From assembly GCA_002269645.1 (NCBI GenBank), contig NIVC01004132.1, positions 1-58,655 of the forward strand: a stretch of DNA of 58,655 nt, in the 5' to 3' direction. Each line of letters opens with the position of its first letter. Position 1 is the first letter of the stretch. Position numbers and translations under genes: made by a program. This document shows positions 1 through 10,629 of the stretch, piece by piece. Source of the DNA: Macrostomum lignano. Lineage: Eukaryota. The notes beneath the pieces are model-generated. The model ran no database searches. It worked only from the letters and a program-made list of their open reading frames with translations, and was not told where the DNA came from.

Positions 1-3000
1 TCTTTCCGTTCGAGAGTCAGCGACCACAGCGGCATGCGGAGGATGTAGTCGAAGTCGGCGATGGATTGGCCAGCATCCGCGGCTGCAGCTTCATCATCAT
101 CATCGTCAGCCTTGGCAGCGTCCTCGTCTGCGCCAGCCGCCCCGGTGCCGGCAGACTTAGCAATCTGCTGTAACTGCTGATAGTAGGGCTGCTGAGAGCG
201 CAGGCTTTCACCGGATCGGAATCGTAACCTCGCTCAACTAGGATGGCTACTATCTTCTTCTTCGCCACGTTCTCAATGCGGATCAGGTTGTCAATCTTCT
301 CCTGGACGAACCTGGCTTGGTTGTCTAGCAGCAGGGACTCGGAGCCGAGGCGGCCCAGCAGGTAGGCTTTGCGCTTCTCGTACCATTCCAAGCGGAGGCT
401 GTAGAACTCGCGCAGGATGTCCAGCACGAGTCGTAGCTGGAGCGGCATTGGAAAGAATGGAAAAAATCTTGAATAAATTTTAATAATAAATTAGAAATCT
501 CTCCATTACAAACTTAGCTCTTAAGTAAAATCCTCAATCAGAATTCTCCCCAATTACGAAATCTTTACATAAAAATCCCCAATCAGAAATCTCCCCTATT
601 AAAAAATCTACCATAAAATCCCCAAACCAGAAATCCCCCTCATTCCAAACTCACCGCTTCAGACAGCAGTTCCTATCGAACAGCACCATAGAGCTGGTGC
701 TGAAGGTGCTCTGCAGCTTAAAGTACTTGTGCAGCCCGACCTGCCGGGCATTGGCCATCTGCTCAGGTTTCAGCTTAACCACCAATCGAACGTGAGTATC
801 CGAGCAATAATTATTGAAATCCTCAAGCAGCTGCTCGTTGGGCTTGCTCTCCTTCCTGTCGTTTTCTTCTTGCCGCCGGCGCCTCCGCCAGCACCGTCGC
901 CGCCTTCAACGCCGACTTTCAGCACCGAGTCCTGGTAGGGTTCGCTCCACACCTTCACTGGCAACTCGGTGATTTCAACAACGTTAGCGTCGCCGAAAGT
1001 TCGAACCTCGCCGTAGGAAACGTAGCGCTGGGCGTCTGTCTGCCTGATGATGCCAGTGAAGCCTCGATACGATGGCAGCATGTCGCGCGGCTCCTCATCT
1101 CGCAGCATTCGACGCAGATTAGCAATGACGTCATCCACCGAATAGTTGGGGATTTTGGTGCTCCAGCCGGTGCCGATGCCGTCCGCTCCGTTGATGAGCA
1201 CCATTGGGATGATGGGGATGTACCTGGGCGCAGGAATCGTAGATGGCTTTTTAAGGGTTATTAGAGGCAACCTTGTTGCTACAGTAACTAACCTGGTTGC
1301 TAGGGGGCTAATAACCTTGTTGCTAGGGCGCTAATAACCTTGTTGCTAGGGCGCTAATAACCTTGTTGCTAGGGCGCTAATAACCTTGTTGCTAGGGCGC
1401 TAATAACATTGTTACTAGGGCACTAATAACCTTGTTGCTAAGGCGTTAATAACCTTGTTGCTAGGGTGCTAGCTAACCTTGTTGCTGCGGTAAATAACCT
1501 GGTTGCTAGGGCGCTAATAACCTTGTTGCTAGGGTGCTAATAACCTTGTTGCTAGGGCGCAAATAACCTTGTTGCTAGGGTGCTAAACTTGTTGCTAGGG
1601 TGCTTCTAAAATCAATTGATAAAGTGAAGAAGGATTGTTTGTTTTAAACCTTATTTCTATTTCTGGATGTTAACCTATTATAATATTCTTTTAAAGTAGA
1701 TTCCAACCGCAAACGCATCTATCCAAGGAACTTACCAGACGGGCTCAACCCGTTGATTATCGTCCACATTGTACTCGAGCATCGGTTCGTCATTCGGATT
1801 AAAAATAATCCTAGCCAAAGGCGACAGGCAGGTATGGATATAACGAGCCGCGGCGGCATCTTTGCCACCCTGGAGACGCGAACCGAACTGACCGTTCGGC
1901 ATCAGCAGGTTGAGATTGTTGGAGCCGACAAAGTCTTGCGCTAAATTGATGATGGTGCCCACTAGAGAGGCTTCGCCGTGGTGATAGGCCGAGATCTCCG
2001 ACACTGAGCCAGCTAGTTGAGCCACCTGGCGGGTTGTGTAACGAATGGGATATAGCATCTTAGTGTCTATATCTACCTGTTTTAGTGTCTGTATCTACCT
2101 GTCTTAGTGTCTATGTCTACCTGTCTTAGTGTCTATGTCTACCTGTCTTAGTGTCTGTATCTACCTGTCTCAGTGTCTATGTCTACCTGTCTTAGTGTCT
2201 GTATCTACCTGTCTTAGTGTCTGTATCTACCTGTCTTAGTGACCATATCTACCTGTCTTAGTGTCTATATCTACCTGTCTTAGTGTCTATATCTACCTGT
2301 CTTAGTGTCTGTATCTACCTGTCTTAGTGTCTATATCTACCTGTCTTAGTGACCATATCTACCTGTCTTAGTGACCATATCTACCTGTCTTCTGTATCTA
2401 CCTGTCTTAGTGTCTATATCTACCTGTCTTAGTGACCATATCTACCTGTCTTGGTGTCTATATCTACCTCGATAGGATCATTTTTAGTATATAGGATCTC
2501 ACCTTAATCTCCTTGAGCAGATTGCGCTTAAAACAGGTGTACATGACCTTCCGCTGTCCAGGCTTCAGTCCGTCAACCAGAGACGGAATGGATCGCTCAT
2601 TATCGGCATTGGAGAATAGCACCAGCTCCTTGTGCACGAAATCGTTGTAGCTAATCTCTCTGGTTGTCTTCTCGTACAGGTAGGCCTCGGGCAGGCCAAG
2701 GTCGGCCCTGCGCTTCCGATCGTCCATGAACTTCAACAGCCAGTCTTTTCGCATGTCGGCGTTCTTGCCGAATGCCATCAGAATCGACTCCTCGTCGGTC
2801 TGATCTCGTCGTATAAATCGGACGCAGTGCCGACGCATGTCGCGAAAATATTCGCGGCCCTCTTTAGCCGTCGAGGTGCCCAAACCTTTGTAGTATTTCA
2901 CGTGCCACTTGTGCCAGTCGGGCGTCTGGCCGCGCCATTCGTCAAATTCCGGCATGGAATAGAATGCTTTCACCTGGTCGCGCTTGGTCACCTTCACGAT

Positions 3001-6000
3001 TGGCGTGATGAACTCCTGCGGAGGGTTGCCATGGTTATTGATAGGCTTTACCGTGTAGGTTGGTGCGATTCTTAAGACAGTAATACGGATTTAGGGCGAT
3101 TCTCAGGGTGGATTTGGGGCGATTCTCAGGGTGGATTTGGGGCGATTCTCAGGGTGGATTTGGGGCGATTCTCAGGGTAGATTTGCGGCGATTCTCAGGG
3201 TAGATTAGAGGCGATTCTCAGGGTGGATTAGTGGCGATTCTCAGGGTGGATTAGTGGCGATTCTCAGGGTGGATTAGTGGCGATTCTCAGGGTGGATTAG
3301 TGGCGATTCTCAGGGTGGATTAGTGGCGATTCTCGGGGTGGATTAGAGGCGATTCTTAAAGTGGATTAGTGGCGATTCTCAGGGTGGATTAGTGGCGATT
3401 CTCAGGGTGGATTAGTGGCGATTCTCGGGGTGGATTAGAGGCGATTCTTAAAGTGGATTAGTGGCGATTCTCAGGGTGGATTAGTGGCGATTCTCAGGGT
3501 GGATTAGTGGCGATTCTCAGGGTGGATTAGTGGCGATTCTCGGAGTGGATTAGGGAAGATACTAAAGGATGGATTAGGGATGATTCCTAAAACAGATTAG
3601 GGCCATTGTCAGGTTGGATTTAAGGGCTATTTCTAAGCGAGTGTAAATGCGGTTCAATACCGAATGAAAGTCAAACTACTCACCTGCAAGAAGTCGTGAC
3701 GCAGCAGCTCGGGCCAGAAGAAGTGAATAAAGTTAATGATGAGTCCTTTGATATGCGAGCCGTCCTGGTCCTGATCGGTCATGATCATAATATGCCGATA
3801 CCTGAGCGACTTCAAATCTTCCACTGTGTTGTACTTTTTGCCGTACTGCAAGTTCACAGCGTCCTGAATAACTTTGATCTCCTTGTTATTCATTAGCTGG
3901 TCCTTGCTAGCCTCGCGAACATTCAATAGTTTACCTTTCAGCGGGAACACGCCGAATCTGTCTCGGCCGTCCGGCAGGGAGCTGGCACCGGCCACGGCCA
4001 GGGACTTGGCCGAATCGCCCTCAGTCAGGATCAGAACGCACTCGCCTTTGCCAGCATTGTTAGCGTGGTCGAGTTTCTCGTGGAACGTCTTCTTACTGGC
4101 TTTGGTTCGCTGATTCAGAGCTTTGTTGGTCTTGAAGTCGGCGTACTCAAGGACGCACCGGACAATACCGCAGTCTTCGGACAGAAGCTTCTTAAAGAAT
4201 TTGTCGTCCAATTCTGGCGCGCTGCCAAATTTCTTCGCTTGCAAAGTCATGAACTCTTTAGTTTGCGAGTCGAAGCTGGGATTCTCAATTAGACAGTTGC
4301 AGAAGATCCACAGGTGATTTTTCACAAATGCCGGCTTGATGGAGCCTTTCAGATTCTTCTTGTCGGCTTTGCACTTGCCGTCGATTGCGTCGACAAGGCG
4401 TTTGAGCAGCAGGTCGCAGACAAAGTCAACGTGACGGCCGCCTTTGGTGGTGGCGATTGAGTTCACAAAGCTGACCTGTGGAGAAGTTGAAGGTTTCAAA
4501 TACAAGTGGATCTCCGATATATATCGAAATTTATTTTCTTATTTTAGACAATTTTTCACGAAAGTCCCGGGTTCGATTCTGTGAATTGTGAACTCGCGCG
4601 TGCATCTTAACGAAAAAACTCTGCATGGATGTACACTGCGTACCTGCGTGCCCAGTAGCCAGCAGCATAATTTACCGTGTAATAATAACATTCTAAAGGC
4701 GATAATTAATATCTAATTAAACAGGTGCAACCATCTTCCACTTGGCCAGAAGTAATTATTACCGGCCTAATTAGAGGCGCGCACCCACCTCACGCTCAGA
4801 GGTAATAATTACCCTAATTAAAGCGGCGCACTCACCTGACGCTCAGAGGTGATAATTACCCTAATTAAAGCGGCGCACTCACCTGACGCTCAGAGGTGAT
4901 AATTAAAACCTAATTAGAGTAGCGCAACCACCTAACACTCACGGGTAATAATTACCCTAATTAAAGTGGCGCAACCACCTCAAGCTCAGAGGTGATAATT
5001 AGCCAATTATAGAGGCCTACCCACCTCACGCTCAGAGGTGATAATTACCCTAATTAGAGTAGCGCAACCATCTCACGCTCACAGGTAATAATTACCCTAA
5101 TTAGAGTGGCGCAACCAACTCAAGCTTAGAGGTGATAATTAGCCAATTAATAGAGGCCTACCCACCTCATGCTCAGAGGTGATAATTACCCTAATTAAAG
5201 TAGCGTACTCACCTCATCCTCGGGTGATAATTAGGGTGCCCCTAATCACAAATCACAAACTAAATTACATTAACTTAGTATTAATGCTCAAAACTTTACC
5301 TGCTTAAATCCGTCGTTGCTCAGACAAACAGCCAGCTCCCATCGGCCACTTTTAATAATAGCCACCTCTTTGTCCTCCTTCTCTGTGAGGTACAATCTGT
5401 AATAGTCCTTAAACGAAGTGACCGGCAGTTTCTCGCCGTTGAGAAACACTCGAACGCCGCTGCAAGTGCCGGCAATGTCGAAAGCCCGACGGCTGAACAA
5501 GGCGATCGTGTCGTCATCGAGTTCGGTCATGCCGAATTTCGTGAGGTCCGGCTTAAAGCTCACCTGCAAAGATTGCGATATAACTGATTAATTTGACTGA
5601 CAACGGACATTGTTTAATACCTTCATAATTTGCGATCGATAGGAGATCATCAATAAACTACAGGAGATTAAGAGACTATCCGATGCAAACGGTGCCTTGG
5701 CTAAGAAGCGTCACTGAGTCACTTGCGTCGCTCCATAGTCGTTGCGGGTAACACAGGTAAAAATGGGAAAGAAGTGACTTTATAAGTCGCCTAAGAATCA
5801 GTTTGAGGCGTCTGCGGCCGTAGAGTCATATCTGGGTCGCGCTAGAGTCGCTGTAGAATCGCTGAGTGGCGTCTAAAGCGCATCTGCATCACTTTATAAA
5901 TTGGAATCAAATTTTGCATTTTTAAAACTCTATTTAGTCTACTTGTAGTTAGTAGAAAGTTAAGCGCCTGAAATTGAGTTTGAAGTCCCTTTTTAGCGAC

Positions 6001-7292
6001 TCAACAGTCGCCTCTCCGTCGCATTACAGTCGTTTCAGTCGCTTAAAAGTCACAAAATTCGCCCCAGCCTCGTTATAGATTCACTAGTGAGTTGTTTGCA
6101 ATGATTCTTTAGTGATTATTATCACGGTATCGTTTTTAAACAGGCTACTAAAACTTTCAAGGGACTTTGAAGAGATTATCATGAGATTATGTGTGACTAT
6201 TCAGTGAGATTATCGAAACATTAGTAAGACTTAGAATGGATTATTATCGAAACTTAAAAAATAGACTTTCAAATGAAACTTATTCAGATATCTGGGACTT
6301 TGAAGAGAGATTATCCTGATATCTGTGAGACTTTGAAGGGAGATTATCCAGATATCTGTGAGACTGAAGAGAGATTATCCAGATATCTGTGAGACTTTGA
6401 AGAGAGATTATCCAGATATCTGTGAGACTTTGAAGGGAGATTATCCAGATATCTGTGAGACTGAAGGGAGATTATCCAGATACCTGTGAGACTTTGAAGG
6501 GAGATTATCCAGATATCTGTGAGACTTTGAATGAAGATTAATCCAGATACATGTGAGAATTTGAACGGAGATTATCCAGAGAGCAGAAAATGCTTATCAA
6601 AGGTCATAAATTTGACAGGTGGATTAACCTACCTTAGTATAATCTTCGGCGGCATTTTTCATAATCTTAGCTTCGCCAGCTTTGCCCATATTGTCAGTCC
6701 AAGTCTGTTGGAACCGTTTTCCGGACTCTTTGCACGAGGTCTCAACAGTAAATTGGCGACTGTAGACGTTGCACAGTTTCGCTCCGTAGCCGTTTCGACC
6801 TCCCGTAGTTTTCTTCTCGCTGTCATTAAAATTGCTAGACGTCAATAAGTGACCAAAGATTAGCGTTGGAACATAGAGCTTCTCTTTCTTGTGCTCAACT
6901 ACTGGGATGCCTTTGCCATTGTTCCACACTTCGATGAGATTGTCCTCCTTGCTGATGGTGATGCGAATGCAGGACATGCCGGGATCGCGCTGTTTATTAT
7001 CCGCCGCATTGACCAGCACTTCGTCGAAGATTTTATAGAGGCCAGGCACGAACGTGATCTCGCGTTCAATCATGCGTTTAGCGGTGGAATCGTAGACCCA
7101 CATGTTCTGGCGGACACTTTCTACTGAGCCAATATAGGTGTCCGGCCGGAGCAATATGTGCTCCAGCTGCGTCTTCTTCTGGTAGATTTTTTCTACTGAC
7201 ACTCGCTGCTTGCCGCTGCCGCCACCAAACCGATTGGCTGCATCGCTAAGTGGCGAAGCCAGCGGGCCAAGATTGTCTGTTTCGCTGCTCAT
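1..7292 (-). CDS. TOP2: DNA topoisomerase II, 7 exons in window (7292-6633, 5563-5300, 4475-3684, 3015-2503, 2025-1736, 1223-655, 436-<1); C-terminus beyond the window; three apparent 1-nt deletions near 864, 428 and 201
   Basis: GHKL motifs EIYQKKTQLEHILLRPDTYIGS, EVLVNAADN, GGRNGYGAKL; TOPRIM LILTEGDSA, PLKGKLLNVR, IMTDQDQDGSHIKGL; DGLKPGQRKV; YHHGEASL; catalytic AAARYI; NGADGIGTGWST; DFDYILRMPLWSLT. All junctions are GT-AG with matching phases. Confidence 0.97.
1268..1603. repeat. 23-bp minisatellite (AATAACCTTGTTGCTAGGGCGCT) in TOP2 intron 5
   Basis: About 14 tandem units read directly. Confidence 0.9.
2058..2470. repeat. 20-bp minisatellite (TATCTACCTGTCTTAGTGTC) in TOP2 intron 4
   Basis: About 20 tandem units; sense strand contains CAG|GTAGA. 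Confidence 0.92.
3088..3553. repeat. 22-bp minisatellite (GATTCTCAGGGTGGATTAGTGGC-like) in TOP2 intron 3
   Basis: About 20 tandem units read directly. Confidence 0.92.
4760..5235. repeat. Degenerate ~45-60-bp tandem repeat in TOP2 intron 2
   Basis: Recurring CTCACCT..CGCTCAGAGGTGATAATTACCCTAATTA units. Confidence 0.8.
6290..6585. repeat. ~30-32-bp tandem repeat (GAGATTATCCAGATATCTGTGAGACTTTGAAG) in TOP2 intron 1
   Basis: About 9 units read directly. Confidence 0.88.
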
Positions 7293-7595
7293 TTTTGCTG
7301 CTGGAAATGAAATATATATAACTACTAGTCAAATATAACATGTTTTCCCTTGCCATATTCACAGCATAAGGTATTTAAAAGGTTTTAGTGCTATAAAATG
7401 ACAGTCTGATGCCTATTCTAGAGAAAAAACTGGTCTCATTACCATGCTTGGGCGCAACCTTGGGATTCACTCGGCCGTTTCTATTGGCAACACACACGTG
7501 TAAGTCGCTATTGGACAGAATAGTAGTCACGTGACTGTCTCAGCCAATAGCAACTTACATGTATGTGTTGCCAATAGAAACGGCTGGGTGATTCC

Positions 7596-7893
7596 CATAC
7601 ATGCGCAACCTCCAAAATTCGGTCGGCCATGCGACTAAGTTTTAACAAAAATGCGACGCAGTTTTTGGCCAAAAATGCGACTTACATGTAAAAAAACCCT
7701 AAAGCAAAATTAACGCAACTTTGGGTAAACGGCAGGAGTAACTATGACTGTCTTATAAAGTCAAAATGCCTCGTCAGCTACTTAGTACTACTACTTGGGT
7801 GTTTTTTCGGGTGGGCATTTTTGCGACTTCCTTGGTTGGCCGCCAAATCGGTCGGCCGGATCGGCCGACTCGGCCGACTGTTGCGCATGTATA
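7596..7893. mobile_element. 298-bp MITE, copy 1, nested in the palindromic MITE; carries a 28S rDNA fragment
   Basis: TIR CATACATGCGCAAC...GTTGCGCATGTAT(A); 8-bp TSD GTGATTCC at 7588-7595 and 7894-7901; second copy at 52259-52556. Confidence 0.92.
7723..7786 (+). other. 64-nt fragment derived from LSU (28S) rRNA, helix 69-71 region
   Basis: GGGTAAACGGCAGGAGTAACTATGACTGTCTT...AAATGCCTCGTCAGCTACTTAGT matches the conserved eukaryotic 28S sequence as recalled at 53/64 nt. Confidence 0.88.
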
Positions 7894-8970
7894 GTGATTC
7901 CCAAAGTTGCACATGTATGCTCATTACTCAAAAAACTTTTTACTAACCAATTTCTATTCCTGATATGTCACTTTTCAGCTTTTTTATCTCTTATCTTTTT
8001 ATGCCAATAGCCCACGAAAGTTTCAAGCATTTTATAATGTCATTTTATACTAGAACTTTCCATTTGGTTCATTTTTTAACATAAAGGTTTTTTTTGTAAA
8101 CATCACAGTTTTTGCAACAAGTCTTTTCTATAAAAAAGATGACATATTCTAGCTTGATTTCATTCTAATGAAATCCATTATCCATTATATATTAAACTTT
8201 TTCTCTGTCTTTTTTCTTTCTATTTTATATTTAATCTATCTAAATCCAAAATCCTATTTAAACTCTATTTTGGTAATAGTTAGTCACACAATTTGGCACC
8301 AAAAGCTTATCACAAAAAATGGATGACCCCAAAGCAATTACCACCAATCTGACTATTATCAAAGTAATTATTACCAGATTATAATCTTTATTATACTAGC
8401 TATGCTTAGAAAGGTAGTTGTTATATACTAGAAAGAAATTTTGACAATGGCTAATTGCATACCAATAGACACCATAAAAATTGCATGCCAGAATGATCAA
8501 AAAAGGTCCTTTGGATCAAAGTTCCTTAAAAAGTCATTCAAACAGAAGACTTTATTTGCATGCTAAAATGATAAAAGCAATATGTCTGCCAGGCAAAAAA
8601 GTTCTAAGAAAATTATGCTAGAAAATTCTAGCATGTTGGTCATATATCTACCTTTTCCTAAGCATGGCTTATTAATATTAGCTATGAAAATTGCAGACTG
8701 TTTCAAAAGTATTTTTTGTTATATTTCTCATTCAGATAAGCTCTATTCTATGAAAATCATTTTGCACAAACTTATAGCAGCAATTTTCTTCTTCATATTA
8801 AATTGAACAACCTTAAAACTAGCCAATTGAAACAAAAGTTATGAACAAAATAATTTTATTTGGATCATCAGAATGAGAGATAATATAATAAAAAGTAATG
8901 ACATTTAGGATAGCCCTTGTATTTTTAAGCTAATAAAAAGTAATGTTAAGACAAAGGCCTAAGCCTACTT

Positions 8971-9365
8971 CAGTGGCGGTGCAGGGGGGAGGGGGCGGGC
9001 TGCCCCCGGGTGACCACCCCTCACCACCCTTAGGGGGTGACCACCCACTACTTAAAAAAAATTGGTACTTTACCATATTTTTTCAAAAGTGTGGTCACCC
9101 CATGGGGCATGGGGTGGTCACCTGAGACCTCAGGGGGGTGGTCACCCGGTAGGGCCTGTAGGCTATAAGGGTGGTCACCCTTTGAGGGCGAACCGCGAAT
9201 TGGGCCTGGGCAATAACGAATCCTAACGATTTTGGAAAGCTAGAATGTAATTATTTTTGTGATAATTTTTTTTTGATAATTTTTTCTGGGGGTGACCACC
9301 CAGCCAGGGGGGGTGACCACCCAACCACCGCCCCCCCCCCAGCTGGAGGTCCTGCGCCGCCACTG
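8971..9365. mobile_element. 395-bp hAT-type MITE
   Basis: TIR CAGTGGCGGTGCAGG / CCTGCGCCGCCACTG (14/15); 8-bp TSD GCCTACTT at 8963-8970 and 9366-9373; internal GGTGACCACCC repeats. Confidence 0.93.
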
Positions 9366-10629
9366 GCCTACTTCCAATTGTAGCTTATTTTATATTAGCT
9401 CAATAGCCTCTTTACAAATTCAAGTTTTTTTCTTATAATTAGGCTATAATCATATCTTGCTTAATACTTCTATTTTAATTTTAAATTGCTATTGTTTAAA
9501 TATGGGCTCCATCATTTTAACAAACTAATTAAGTTAAATATTAAGTTAACTTAATTAGTATATTTAACTAATTAAGTTTAATTAGTTAAATATACATATT
9601 ATATATATTACTATAAAAAATAATAGGCCCTAAGGCCTAAGCTTGATTAAAAACCAATAGAACTAAAACTTTTTTAAAATTTAAATATAAAAATGTAAAC
9701 AAACTGTTTTCTTATTCAACAATTCTTGGATGCAAGACATCTATATTCTATATTATTTCAAATTTAAAGTTGTTGGATACTAGGTCTCCCTTTCTAAAAC
9801 TTTTCACACTAATAGAATGTCTAGGCCTATAAACTAGTATAGATAGGCACTTCAGTGAGAAAATTAAATTTCAGAAATTGTTATAGGCTGCTATTTCACT
9901 AGATAGATCTTACTTTCCCATTTCCAAAATGGCCAAACTTTAGTGATTTGGTTGAGTAATAAGGAAACTACAGCTATTTTAGTAACCCCGATTTGTGCCT
10001 TTAGCCAATGGAATTTTTACATTACGGTTTGTGATCATTTTTGGCCAAAAAGTTGGCTTTTTGTCTTTGAACACTTGTAATTAATTTTCTAGCCAACCAA
10101 AATGACTGTGCTTGGTGTCATTTTGTTCAGTTTTTTAGTGTTAATTGTATGAATTATATATTTTAATATTATTTTATATGCCCAAGTTGCTAAGCTAATT
10201 GAAACAGGATGGGTGTATGAAATTTTGACTATTTTAACCAGATACGCAATGATTGCAATTTTAAAAATACAATAGCATCTGTTCTGCTTGCTTAATTTAT
10301 ACAAGGCTAGTGTCATTTTGTTCAGGTTTTTACCTACTATAATACTATTCTACTTCTTGCCCTAAATTTTTAATGCATGACAGACACAGGGCTGTACAGA
10401 TTGTTGAAGCAGTATAGGTGTATGAAAAATACATGTAGGTGTTATTTTGTAACCAGATGGTCAGTAATTCTAATGATATAGGCTATACAATATTTTCTCA
10501 TCAAACCAAACCTATTTTATTTATTTAGATGAGTTTTTATTTGATTTTTTATGCAGCTACAGCACTGCACTACTTGGACTCAGTACTTTACTTCAGCACT
10601 ACCTAGGGCTAGGCTCCTAGTTACAATCC

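Larger units (their letters stand above)
7443..7919. mobile_element. Palindromic MITE (about 171 bp without the nested insert), CAT...ATG termini, 8-bp TSD (P or hAT superfamily)
   Basis: TSD CTCATTAC at 7435-7442 and 7920-7927; arms from 7450 mirror 7536-7596 and 7894-7911 around a central GTCACGTGAC. Confidence 0.8.

Noticed and set aside
855-870. Programmed ribosomal frameshift in TOP2
   Set aside because: No canonical X XXY YYZ slippery site, and two more similar deletions nearby point to sequence error.
4562-4585. B-box-like GGGTTCGATTC in TOP2 intron 2
   Set aside because: No A box or cloverleaf upstream; too short to call.
5690-6070. Cluster of GTCGC/GCGAC motifs in TOP2 intron 1
   Set aside because: Resembles transposon subterminal repeats but no TIR or TSD could be defined.
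7723-7786. Functional rRNA gene
   Set aside because: Only 64 nt match, inside a MITE, and helix 69 pairing is damaged.
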